Positions 1 through 12,700 of a DNA stretch of 64,000 nucleotides are shown in pieces (the stretch's first letter is position 1; each line of letters begins with the position of its first letter). Source of the DNA: Eledone cirrhosa. Lineage: Eukaryota. The translations under genes and the position numbers were made by a program. The notes below the pieces were generated by a model. The model worked only from the letters and a program-made list of their open reading frames with translations, was not told the origin of the DNA and did no database searches. Location of the stretch: positions 1-64,000 of the forward strand of contig CAXHJY010001477.1 of assembly GCA_964016885.1 (NCBI GenBank). The letters are read 5' to 3'.

Positions 1-30
1 AGTGAAAATAATTCCATCTTTTATATATAT

Positions 31-90
31 CATCATCATCGTTTAATGTCTATTTACCATGCTAGCATGGGTTAGACGGGTTGTCCCATT
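31..90 (-). mobile_element. RTE-type 3' terminus fragment with (GAT)n tail
   Basis: CATCATCATCGTTTAATGTCTATTTACCATGCTAGCATGGGTTAGACGGG closely matches the RTE/SINE 3' termini at 44918 and 37181. Confidence 0.7.
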
Positions 91-2575
91 AGAAGCAATT
101 TGGGTCAGGTGACCGTATCTTGCAACCTTCTCCAACTGATCCAGCTGGGTCCCCAAGCCTGACTAGCCAAGCTGATGTATGTTATCCAACCATCTTGTTT
201 GGTGTCTACCCCTGCGTCTCTTGCCAGTTGGTTTCACCCGTAAAATCCATCCAGCCATGCTTTCCTGAGATATTCTAACCACATGGCCATAGTATCAGAG
301 TTGTGATATCTCAATTCGAAGAAGTAGCAGCTCTACTTGGAGTGACTCTCTGATAGCTGAGCTATGCACTCTATCGAGTAACGTTACTCCAAAGACCCTT
401 CAGAGGAACCCCATTTTGGTCGGTTGTGTTCACGATTGTATTCTTTTGGTAATTACCCAAGATTCATGACATTAGCTAAAGGTTGGCACAAAAACAGAAT
501 TGAAGATAGTGAGTTTGGCTTTGATGCCTACCTCCCTTCTTCTGGTTACTGAATGCTGAAGCTGGTGTATTACTGCATTTTCTACTGCGATTCTTGCACT
601 TAATTTAGCCTCCTACTTTCCATCATGGCCCCAAGATATTTGAACTTCTCTACCTGCTTCAGTGGAACTCCATTCACATGTAGAGTACACTGCACTGGCT
701 TCCTTAAGAGGACAAGTGTCTCAGTTTTCACAGCAATGATTTTCATTCCAGCCATGCAACACTTGGCATCAAACCTATCAAGTGCAAGTCGAGATCACCT
801 TCTGTCAAATTAAGTAACGCTATGTCATCTGTAAATTCCAGCTGACTGATCCTACACCCACCAGTCGTGATACCACTTCCAACCTGGCAGTGCATGTCAA
901 TCCTGTTCAAGAAAATAATGAACAGAGAGGTGACAGTATGCACCCTTGGCAGAGTCTGACTCTCACATTGAACGGTTTCAATTTAACACCATTTATCCGA
1001 ACACAAATATTCGGGCATTCGTATAGAAACATCAGGGCAGCAAGAAGCTGACCATTGATCCCGTACTCCTGTACAACCTTCCACAGCAGGTCCCGAGGAA
1101 CGTGGTCATATGCCTTCTCAGGGTCTACAAAACAAGAATATACTTCTTGACAATACTCCCACGATTTCTCAAATACCTGCCACAGTGTGAATATTTGGTC
1201 AGCTGTGCTGCATCCGGGGCAAAAACCACACTGTTTGTCAGCTAGTCTGCACTCAACAATCTCCCTGCATCTTTGCTAGACACTTACATAGACTTTACTG
1301 GGAAGGCTTAATAATGAGATCCCTCTGTAATTGGAACAATCTTTCTTGTCTCCCTTTTTGAAAATTGGGATTATCACTCCCAATTGCCATTAGTTACGTG
1401 CCCTTCCAGAGATCCAGGCCACCAAACATATGAGTCAGCCTGAGAATACTTTCTCTATTTAAGGCTTTTAACATCTCAGTGGTCTTGCCACATTATGACC
1501 TCAGCCTCTGAGAGATCAGTCACCACTCTCAGATGCACCTCCTGTATATCCAAAGATGCTGTTTTGATCGGATTTAGGAGATCAGCAAAATATTCTCTCC
1601 ATCTTGCGAGGATACACCTCTCTGAAGAGAGGGGAACCTCAGATACAATCCTGATAGCAGGTGTGAAGAAAGGCTTCTTATTACGAAGTCAGTTGATGGT
1701 CTGCCAGAACACTTTATTTGCTGATCTGAAGTCAGATTCCAGCTTAACCCCAAAGTCTTCCCATGTCTTAACTTTAGACGCCTGCTGCGATTTTTTGTGC
1801 CTGATTGTGCAAGAAGGACTTATTTTCAAACCAAGCTTTGTAAGCCTCCTTTTTTTGCTCGGATGGCATTTTTAACCTATTGATTGAACCAAGCCTCTTT
1901 TTCCTGCAGCATTTAACAGCTGGAGCAAAAACTGTTGAGCTAAACGATCTCCACTCTGTCTCAACATCCTCAGTTTGCTTAGGAAGTTCTCTGAATTTGG
2001 ATGCAATAGTATCTGCATACTTAGTCCTGTCTTCCTTATCCACCAGTACTTTCCACTTTATCCTGTAGGTCACCCTAGACCTGCCACTTTTGTGGGCTTC
2101 TTTAGCTTTAGGTAGTCTTATGTTGCAGATAACTAGATGGTGATCAGTTGACAGCCCAGCCCCTCTCTTAACACACACAACCATCACAGAATCAAAGAGA
2201 TCAGAGACAATTACAAAATTTCTGTCCTTGATTCCCTTTATACCATGTATATTTATGGATGTCTCTGTGCTGAAAGAAGATCTTCATAATAGAATGTGCA
2301 TTGCTAGAACAGAAATCTAGCTAGGCCTCTCCATTCGTATTTAGACCTTACCATATCAGGTCATCAGTGCCAAAATGTGTATTGAAGTCTCCCATCAGGT
2401 TATATGACCCAATCTTAACTACATCTAATGCTACAGTGACTTCATCAAGGAAGGACCTCTATTCGGACTCCTTGTTTGGTGTATAAACTTGCACCACCCA
2501 CAGAGACCTATCGTTCAGCCTAAGCTACAAGAGGTAAATCCTCCCTCCTCATGGGATCCAGTCCATAACAACTTC
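91..2575 (-). mobile_element. Degenerate RTE-clade LINE ORF (APE endonuclease C-half + RT + thumb), many stops and frameshifts
   Basis: The minus strand reads VVQVYTPN, LMGDFNTH, STDHHLV, NYRGISLL, FVDPEKAYDHV, LEFTDDIAL, FKYLG, YYGHVVR and GKRRRGR. These are APE and non-LTR RT motifs in the expected order. Confidence 0.85.
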
Positions 2576-2981
2576 ACTGTTAGAAAGGGATGCATCCAGG
2601 CTTTAGGTAGAGGGACCTGTTTGAAAAATATATTGCAGTCTCCATTTCATGCCGCAAAAACTGGCGATGGGCTTGCATCCTGACCAGGGAGGCGTGGGAT
2701 AATGCACAAAGGTTGTGCATCCCGAAACCTCAAAGAGGGTCCAGAAGGGAGCAAACTGTAACAGTTGGTACCTGGAACATCACAACCCTCACAGGTAAGG
2801 AGCAGGAACTAGTGGAAAAGGCTAGATGCTACCAGCTAGATATAGTTGCAGTTGCCTCAACAAAGTTCCTTGGCTCTGACACTGTAAATTTGGATGGAGG
2901 ATGGAATCTCTGGTATTCAGGTGTGGCACCAGAAATGACTGCACAGGAGTGGGGATACTCACAAGCCTCCAGCTGTCAGAA
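2576..2981 (+). mobile_element. Inverted 5' segment of the same RTE (5'UTR remnant + endonuclease N-terminus)
   Basis: The plus strand reads TVGTWNITTLTGKEQELV...LDIVAVASTK...WYSGV...GVGILTSLQLSE. This joins in frame to the minus-strand EVVMDWIP that starts at 2575. Confidence 0.8.
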
Positions 2982-3242
2982 TGAGGAACAAATTGTGGTT
3001 TTTAAAAGAAAAAAAATCAACTGAGACAACCTAGAAAAATTACTGATTCCTCTCCCATCCTGCTTGAACCCTGTTATTTGGGACCTGAGAGTAAAGGAAA
3101 AGACTGTGGAATGTTCTGAAATTATGTCAAAACTGCTTCTTAAGAGATTTGTTTCATTGTAGAAGCCTTGTTATTAACAACTGTTTATCACTTGACACAT
3201 TCTCTCCTGATCAGCTAATCAATGTTAATGAGTAATGAGCAA

Positions 3243-3460
3243 ACGATGGTGATGGTGGTGGTGCAGGAATTGTGATGGCGATGGCAATGTCTATGATGAA
3301 GATGATAAATAATAATAATGTTTGTGATAGTGTTGATGGTGGTCATACAAGTGATATAATTATTACAATGATGATGATGATGATGATGATGATGGTGTCA
3401 ATAACCATGATGGTGGTATTGATGACTATTATGATCATCATCATCACCATAGTGATATTA
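3243..3460. repeat. Degenerate (GAT/ATC)n low-complexity tract
   Basis: Runs of GATGATGAT, GGTGAT and ATCATC. Confidence 0.8.
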
Positions 3461-4546
3461 AGCCTCACATTTATCAAGTAGACCTAAGATCAACAAAGTT
3501 CCAGATGTGACCATCCTGTTTTTTTAACAGATCTCTTTATCTAATGTTTCCTCCTTCCCTTTTTAAGATAGTCAGCTGTGATATAAGGGAAATGTTGTTA
3601 CTACTTCTAGCTGGACAAGTGACTACATAGAGGTTTTCTCCTACCTCATTGGTGGTGGGCATGGTCAGGATGATGACAATGACAACAGTATTAAATAATT
3701 GAGCAAACAATTGTTGTTGGGGACCATCTCTATAATGCCAACATTTTTCAACTAGAATATGTAGGTGATATCTGTGATCAGCCAGACAGACTGGTGTAAG
3801 ATATACCTGCAGGGCTGCTACCACTACCATATGGCTAAATAAGCAGTCAACTAGAGTGCATATCTTAGAATGGTACATTGGTATGGTATGGCTCCGTAAC
3901 TCCCGAGGGAGTCAGAGGGATGCCATATTGACATCCCTCTCCAGGTCTGTCTGCAGGAGATTTCTTACAAAGAAGGCTAGAGAAAGTTAGAGAGAGGAAG
4001 TGAGAAAGAGATATAGAGGAAGAATCAACCCCAGTGCTAGACTGGTACTTTATTTGCCAAAACTACTACTATAGTTCATAGTAATGGTTCGGCTGCTGTC
4101 CTGTCTTCTTAACACACCACTCCTCACTGATTAACCTCGATGTCACGTGATTGATTCTTTTGAATTTGCCACCGACCAAGTAGGCAGTGATTTTTTCAAT
4201 GTCTTGGAACTCAGTCCACGCTTTGCTTTTTTCCATCCACTGAATTATTTTTGTATAAGTTCCCTGTGTCCACGCATTGCCTGGGAACTTAGCTGAGAAT
4301 AGACTTCCCTGATGACGAAAGGGTTTCTCCATGCATTCCTTTGCAAACCATGTTTATTCTCTTTCAGAAACTAATTAGTTGGAATGAAATTTTAGTAAGT
4401 TAATTTTTATAATTTTCTTATTTTACGTCTTTCATATTATTGTTCTGCATCCCCTTGCATTGAACCACAAAGTTACTAAGACAAAACCTATATATTTGCT
4501 AGCATAAGTTTGCATCTGTATATATATGTTGGTAGATATACTAATT

Positions 4547-4590
<44 letters not shown>

Positions 4591-4596
4591 GTATAT

Positions 4597-4846
4597 CGTG
4601 TAGGTGTCACGACAAAAAAACACACAGTCCACGCTGTAATGTGGCCGTGTAGGCAACACGGTAAAAACCTCCCAGACCCACACTGTAAATGTGGTTGGTG
4701 TTAGGAAGGGCATCCAACTGTAGAAAACCTGCCAGACAGTCCTATGTGAGCAAGAAAATCACTCTTGCCTCAAGTGGGACTACCCCCGTCCAAACCCATG
4801 CAAGCGTGGAACACGGACGTTAAACGTTGATGATGATGATGATGAT
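4597..4846 (+). mobile_element. 5'-truncated copy of the long RTE 3'UTR (family B) ending in (GAT)n
   Basis: Colinear with 59046-59297 and 42461-42712. Contains GGTGTTAGGAAGGGCATCC and ends GGACGTTAAACGTTGATGATGAT. Confidence 0.85.
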
Positions 4847-5010
<164 letters not shown>

Positions 5011-5026
5011 GGATACAAAATAAGTA

Positions 5027-5100
5027 GCCGTCTTGGTGGCCTACTGGTGGGTATTAGAGACGGTGGAGATCCTGGTCAGGGGTTCAATCTCAGTCAGGTT
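5027..5100 (+). mobile_element. Possible tRNA-derived SINE head
   Basis: Box A-like TGGCCTACTGG (5037-5047) and box B-like GGTTCAATCTC (5081-5091) at Pol III spacing; no cloverleaf confirmed. Confidence 0.4.
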
Positions 5101-5125
5101 TTATTCTAAATATGTCATAATATAT

Positions 5126-6869
5126 CATCATCATCATCATCATCATCATTTTACGTCCACTTTGTTTTTCGTGGTCTACCTCTACCACGTCTTCCTTCAA
5201 CTGGCATTTCCTGGCACTTCTTCACCCATCGGTCATCCTCCATGCGCATCACATGTCCATAACACCTCAGTCTCCTCTCCCGTACACTACATTCTATCCC
5301 TCTCAGACACAGTTTCTCTCTCAACACATTTATGCTGGGTCGTTCGCGCACATTGACATTGCACATCCAACGGAGCATGCTTGCCTCATTTCTCTCCAGC
5401 CATCGCATATCCTCTGAAGTTGCTGCCCATGTCTCACTACCATGCAGCATCGCGCTCCTCACACAGGCATCATACAACCGGCCTTTCGTACGCAGAGAGA
5501 AACCCTTCTTCGTCAACAGAGGAAGCAGCTCCCTAAACTTCTTCCAACCCGTCCTTATTCTAGATACTATGGCCTCGGAACACCCTCCTCCCATGCTAAT
5601 CTGATCTCCTAGGTACCGGAAGCTATCCACCACTTCTATAGCGCCCTCCTGCATCTGAAAAATGTGTCTATCAATGCGACTTCTACTGTCTAATTTCCCT
5701 GTACATCTACTGCATACATATTTCTCCCTGCCTGTTAGTTTGCCTGCTATCCCGCTACATCTCTTGTGTACCCAGGATCTGCATTATGTGCATTTTATAG
5801 AATTTATGCCAGTTCCTTTTCTGCATATGGAACATGGCCATTTCCCTGACGGAATCAAGGTTTTGTCCTCTTTTCTACTCATCAACACTTTTGTCTTAGC
5901 GAGGTTCACTCTTAGTCCTCTTGCTTCCAACTGCTGTTTCCATAGCCAGAATTTATTCTCTAGCTCCTCTACTGATTCTGCTATAAGAACCAGATCGTCA
6001 GCATAGAGAAGTTCCCATGGACAGCCAGTCTTAAACTCCTCTGTTATGGCTTGGAGGACTATAATGAACAAGAGCGGGCTGAGGACAGAACCCTGATGTA
6101 CTCCTACTTGTATCTGGAATTCCTCACTAAACTCCATTCCTACCCTGTCTTTACTGAGAGTACCTCTGTACAAAGTTTGCACTGTCCTCACAAGCCATTC
6201 CTCAACACCTAGTTTCCTTAGGGACCACCAGATGACAGATCGGGGTACCCTATCAAAGGCCTTCTCTTGGTCAACAAAGGCTAAGTATAGTGGCTTATTC
6301 TTCTCTAAGAACTTCTCTTGTAATTGTCTCACCAAGAAGAGGGCATCTGTTGTACTCTTCCCAGGCACAAAACCAAACTGCATCTCATCTAGTTTGACCC
6401 TTTCTCTAATTAGTTGTGCTAATATCCTTTCTGCCTCTTTCATAACCTGATCTATCAGTTTTATACCCCTATAATTGCTCCTCTCCAGAGCATCCCCTTT
6501 ACCTTTGTAGCAATTTATGAGAATACTGCTGCACCAGTCTTTGGGTGTGACACCACCATATATAGCTTGATTGATGATGTGTGCAACCAGTTTAGTGCCT
6601 ACGTCCCCTGATGCCTTCAGCATCTCAGCAACTATTTCCGATGGTCCGGCAGCCTTACCATTTTTCATTTCCCTAACCGCCTCTTGGACCCTATATTCGT
6701 CAATCTCAATAGCTGGTCCCTCTGTCGGATCTACCAAGGGTAATTTCTCTCTCTCCCATTTGTTCTCCACATTCATCAGTCTCTCATAATGACATTTCCA
6801 GGCCGCCTTTTTCTGGTCATTCGTGACACTAAGTCCACCGGCATCATTCCGGACACATTTATCTCCAAT
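5126..6869 (-). mobile_element. 5'-truncated RTE/BovB-type LINE (family A): RT + PHD-like finger + thumb, one in-frame stop
   Basis: ORFs 5784-6920 and 5151-5654 are in the same frame, split by one TAA. Motifs: NYRGIKL, QFGFVPGKST, AFVDQEKAFDRV, GVHQGSVLSP, LYADDL, FRYLG. (CAT)n tail at 5126-5149. About 110 bp before the terminus are deleted relative to 36497-36615. Confidence 0.92.
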
Positions 6870-7014
6870 ATATATATATATTTGTCGATCTACTTTCATC
6901 AAATCAGACCGAAGAAACAATGTTCCATAGGTCTTTCCAATTGCTAATACTATCTATCGGTCGCAACTCCAGGTAGAAATATATATATATATGCTACTAA
7001 CCCCACTTGTAGAC

Positions 7015-7940
7015 TGTTTGAACCCACCGCATACAGAGATGGGGCAAATCTATTCTTAGAGGACTAGTTAGGACCACTAAGAAGAAATCCAACCTGTCCC
7101 AGTGAGAACACAGGGACTCTGTTGTTAAGTGGTTCAACTCCTTCAACACCAACAAAGCTAAATTCCCGCAATTCAACATAGTGGACTTCTACCTGTTAAT
7201 CTTAGTCATCCTGTTGGATAAAGCATTGGAGTTCGCCACTACATATACAAAGGCTCTCATAACAACTCATAGAAGGAGGAAAATTAACCCCACCAGAAGG
7301 CCCAAATACACCACCATGACTGGGCATATTGTTCCAGGTGATACCACCCCCAACACCAATATTAAGAAAAATAAAAACAGTGCCGATGTGGCGAGGGCCA
7401 GCAGCAGTAACATTCACAGGGTTGATAATGGCGATAAGGATGACGAAAAATAGAGAAACCAACACCTGAGGTACCGGCAAATCCAACACGGACACCTATG
7501 ACTGTAAAACCTATAACTCGACACACGGCAACAAAGGTGAAACAGAACTAGGTCATGGCCCGTAACTTGGTTCAATGTGTCATACTCCAAACACATCTTC
7601 AAGGATTTGAACACATTCTCCCCCCCCCCCCCTCCCACTTACACAGGTAGCACAGACTCTTCAAGTGACATATGGTGAAGATGTGATACTCCACCACACT
7701 GAAAACCGAAGAAATTATAGCCTACATTAATGGCAGGAAGATAACAACCAGGGGATCAGCTCAGTCCAAACAACAACAACAGGTCTGAGAACATTCAGTA
7801 CCCATCCACGCTGACCTCTAATATCACCACCCATAAACCCACAACCAGCTTGAAACCCTGATTGTGCAACTGGCATGACAAGCATGAATGTCTCCTTCAG
7901 AAGAAATGCCTGGCCAAGAACATAAAATACAATGATGTTG
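7015..7940 (+). mobile_element. Highly decayed, internally deleted Penelope-like element
   Basis: Fragments NPPHTEMG, SVVKWFN, QFNIVDFY..LLDKALEFA, VTWFNVSYSK and CNWHDKHECLLQKKCLAKNIKY resemble the Penelope RT N-part, the linker and the Cys motif before GIY-YIG. Confidence 0.65.
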
Positions 7941-7974
7941 ATTGTGCTGGCAATGGTGCTACTAATAATAGTAA

Positions 7975-8309
7975 CATCATCATCATTTTACGTCCGCTTT
8001 TCCCTGCTTGCAAGGGTGGGACAGGAACTGATTCTGGCTTGATTTCTACAGCTGGATGCCCTTCCTAACACCAACCTCATTTACAGTGAGTGCTGGGTGC
8101 TTTTTTGCCGTGTCACCTCCACGACCACTTTGCAGTGGAATGATTTGGACCCCAACCCCTATCATCTCATTTCTACAGCTGAGTAAACTGGAGCAATGTG
8201 AAATAAAGTGTCTTGCTCAAGGCAACAACACATCACCCAGTCTGAGAATTGAACTCACAACCTTTCGATTGCAAGGCCAATGCTCTAACTACTAAGCCAT
8301 GTGCCTTCA
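7975..8309 (-). mobile_element. Full-length tRNA-derived CORE-type SINE with RTE-derived body and (GAT)n tail
   Basis: Minus strand: box A TGGCTTAGTAG, box B GAGTTCAATTC, CORE-like CCTTGAGCAAGACACTT...CTCCAGTTTACTCAGCTGTAGAAATG, then the GGTGTTAGGAAGGGCATCC module. The 3' end matches RTE family A (CCCTTGCAAGCAGGGAAAAGCGGACGTAAA). Confidence 0.85.
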
Positions 8310-8860
8310 TGCCTAACAATGATAATAAAACACACTCACTGAAGTATAAAATGATTGATCCAAGCCCATAGACCTCAAGGATAACGTGATGATTGTTGGT
8401 GATGTTAATACTTCCCCGGGGTTGTCTGACATATCGACACAATGCGTGCTCTAACTATAACATTAGTGTGGTAGATACTCAGTAGTATCCCCACAGACAA
8501 ATAACTTGCCTAAAAGCTCCTATTTTCTAGCCATACAGCAAGTGGCCATAATGCTGCCATTGTAAATGCTATTGGTACCATCTTTAACCTTCTGGACACT
8601 ATAGGTGCACTATGTTGCCGATAGAGTAATCTCCCCTTAATTCATAATGCAGTTTCAAGTGAAGCAATTCATAAAAGTTTCTAGTGTGCTAAAGATTAAT
8701 GACAATTGTGGTTGTTGTTATTGTCAATGGTGTTAATACCTTCTATACAAGTTTCTATTACTAAAACAGACCTCTTCTAGTTTGTCTTCATTCTTTTCCC
8801 TTCTCTCCATGTAACATTTATCCACTAATTAACTTTTCCTTTATCATTATCATTATTATC

Positions 8861-9617
8861 GGGGGGCACTGCCGTTCCGGGATAAACTCTACAGGCACGG
8901 AAGTGCTGTCAGACGGACCTGTCCAAACTGCGCACAGAGCGATGAAACCGTTCTGCACGCACTTGTCCAATGTCCATGCATTACTGACTTGTGGAGTTAT
9001 GTCGAACAGCTACTGTCGTGTGTTGTACGGATCCGGCTATCGACCGAGTCCATAGTGAAGATCGACCCGCCGCCTTCCTTAGGTCAGGAAGAGCAGGAAA
9101 TTTTCCTCTGTCTGGTGGCTGTTGCGAAAGAGGTTGTATGGTGGACCAGGTTTAAAGGTCTGAAGACAGACACTTTTCTCTCCGGCCAATCCCTCATCAA
9201 CTTCTTTAAGTTTCACCTGGAAAGGAAGGTGAGGGTGGAGAGAGAAGTGCTGCCCCCTAGTACATTTGCTAAAAGGTGGATGAATGTGACGAGAATGCCC
9301 CGTTTGAATGGGCCTACTCTGACCATGCGCCTATAGGCTAGCTAACTTGAGGAGAGGGGTGCTCTCCCTGGGTGGCCTAGAAGCGCAGGGTGGTTCAGGA
9401 TTGGTGGCGTACCCGAGTCACCCCAGGGTCGTCAACCCCCTATAGAGGAATTTATTTTGTTATATTTATGCATAGTTTATTTTATATTTTTTTGGTATCT
9501 TCATTGTTGAATTGGTCTTGCCATTGTGCACTTTTACTCGACCTTATTGTAAACCCCCCCACTGTCCCTGTCTTTGTATTGTCCCCTACATGTCAGCCCA
9601 TCTGGCCAATAAATGAA
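8861..9617 (+). mobile_element. 3' end of a Tx1/L1-clade LINE (ORF2 C-terminal CCHC zinc finger + 3'UTR)
   Basis: Frame GALPFRDKL...CPNC...ETVLHALVQC...LWSYV...AKEVVWWTR...FAKRW ends at 9336. AATAAA at 9608. ATCATTATTAT is duplicated at 8849-8859 and 9618-9628. Confidence 0.85.
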
Positions 9618-9620
9618 ATC

Positions 9621-9797
9621 ATTATTATTGTTCTTTGGGTCTCAGTCATTGATGATATTTAACTGGAAAGTTTGCTCAAGTAAACATCAAGCCGTTACCT
9701 GCAGCCTCAGACATTCAGGACGTATCGGAGGGTTCTTGCTGTACCCAGCAAACATGCCTTTTGAAGTGTTCCAAAAAGCGGGGCTGGACTAATCTTC
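9621..9797 (-). mobile_element. 3' end of a Dong/R4-type (RLE) non-LTR element with (AAT)n tail
   Basis: Minus-strand LQKACLLGTARTLRYVL* matches the C-terminus typical of R4/Dong ORFs. A short 3'UTR follows, then AATAATAATGAT. Confidence 0.7.
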
Positions 9798-12700
9798 TTT
9801 ATATACATTATATATTTTATATACTTTATATATATTATATACTTTATATACATTATATACTTTATAAACTTTATATATATTATATACTTTATATTTATTA
9901 TATACTTTATATACATTATAAACTTTATATATATTATATACTTTATATACATTATATACTTTATATATTTTATATACATTATATACTTTATATGCATTAT
10001 ATTCTTTATATACTTTATATACATTATATACATATACTTTATATACATTATATACTTTATATACATTATATACTTTATATATATTATATACTTTATATAC
10101 TTTATGTACATATATACTTTATATATTTTATATACATTATATACTTTATATACTTTATATACATTATATACTTTATATACATCATATACATTATATACTT
10201 TATATATATTATATACTTTATATACATTATATACTTTATATACATTATATACATTATATATATTATATACTTTATATACATTATATACTTTAGATATTTT
10301 ATATACATTATATACTTTATATACTGTATATACATTATATACTTTATATAATTTATATATTTATATACATTATATATATTATATACATTATATACTTTAT
10401 ATATATTATATACTTTATATACATTATATACTTTAGATATTTTATATACATTATATACTTTATATACTGTATATACATTATATACTTTATATAATTTATA
10501 TATTTTATATACTTTATATACATATACTTTATATACATTATATACTTTATATATATTATATACTTTATATACTTTATATATATTATATACTTTATATACA
10601 TTATATACTTTATATACATTATATACTTTATATACATTATATACTTTATATACATTATATACTTTATATACATTATATACTTTATATATATTATATACTT
10701 TATATACTTTATATACATTATATATTTTATATACATTATATAATTTATATACTTTATATACATTATATACTTTGTATACTTTATATACATTATATACTTT
10801 ATATATATTATATACTTTATATATATTATGTAATTTATATACTTTATATACATTATATACTTTATATACATTATATACTTTATATACATCATATATATTA
10901 TATACTTTATATATATTATATACTTTATATACATTATATACTTTATATATTTTATATACATTATATACTTTATATAATTTATATACGTTATATACTTTAT
11001 ATACATTATATACTTTATAGTCATTATATATTTTATATACATGATATACTTTATATACATTATATACTTTATATACTTTATATACATTATATAATTTATA
11101 TACTTTATATACATTATATACGTTATAAACATTATATACTTTATATACATCATATATATTATATACTTTATATTTATTATATATTTATATACATTATATA
11201 CTTTATATACATTATATACTTTATATAATTTATATATTTTATATAATTTATATACATATACTTTATATACATTATATACTTTATATACATTATATACTTT
11301 ATATACATTATATACTTTATATACATCATATATATTATATACTTTATGTACATTATATACTTTATATATATTATATACATTATATACTTTATATACATTA
11401 TATACTTTATATATATTATATATTTTATATATATTATATACTTTATATTCATTATATATTTTATATATATTATATACTTTATATACATTATATACATTAT
11501 ATACTTTATATACATTATATACATTATATACTTTATATACATATACTTTATATACATTATATACTTTATGTATATTATATACTTTATATACATTATATAC
11601 TTTATATACATTATATAATTTATATATATATAATATACTTTATATACATTATATATATTATATACATTATATACTTTATATAATTTATATACATTATATA
11701 CTTTATATATATTATATACTTCATATACATTATATACTGTATATACTTTATATATTTTATATACATTAAATACTTTATATACATATACTTTATATACATT
11801 ATATACTTTATATATATTATATACATTATATATTTTATATACATTATATACTTTATATATATTATATACTTTATATACATTATATACTTTATATATTTTA
11901 TATACATTATATACTGTATATACATTTTATATTTTATATACATTATATACTTTATATACATTATATACTTTATATATATGATATACTTTATATACATTAT
12001 ATACATTATACACTTTATATACATTATATACTTTATATACATTATATACTTTATATATATATACTTTATATACATATACTTTATATACATTATATACGTT
12101 ATATATATTAAATACTTTATATACTTTATATATATTAAATACTTTATATACTTTATATATATTAAATACTTTATATAATTCATATACATTATATACTGTA
12201 TATACATTATATAATTTATATACATTATATATTATATACTTTATATACATTATGTACTTTATATATATATAATATACTTTATATACATTATATAATTTAT
12301 ATACTTTATATAGTTTATATACATTATATACTTTATATATATTATATACTTTATATACATTATATACTTTATATAATTCATATACATTATATACTTTATA
12401 TACATTATATAGTTTATATACTTTATATACATTATATACATTAGATACTTTATATACATTATATACTTCATATACATTATATACTTTATATATATTATAT
12501 ACTTTATATACATTATATACTTTATATATTTTATATACATTATATACTTTATATACATTATATAATTATATACTTTAGATATTTTATATACTTTATTTAC
12601 GTTATATACTTTATATAATTTATATATTTTATATACTTTATATACATATACTTTATAAACATTATATACTTTATATAATTTATATACTTTATATACATTA

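Noticed and set aside
4069-4332. 87-aa minus-strand ORF in non-repetitive-looking DNA
   Set aside because: No recognisable motif or splice context. It may be a DNA-transposon remnant but I cannot support a call.
8240-8309. tRNA gene (also considered at 5027-5100 and 35125-35205)
   Set aside because: A/B boxes are present, but there is no convincing cloverleaf. The 8240 and 35125 copies run straight into SINE bodies.
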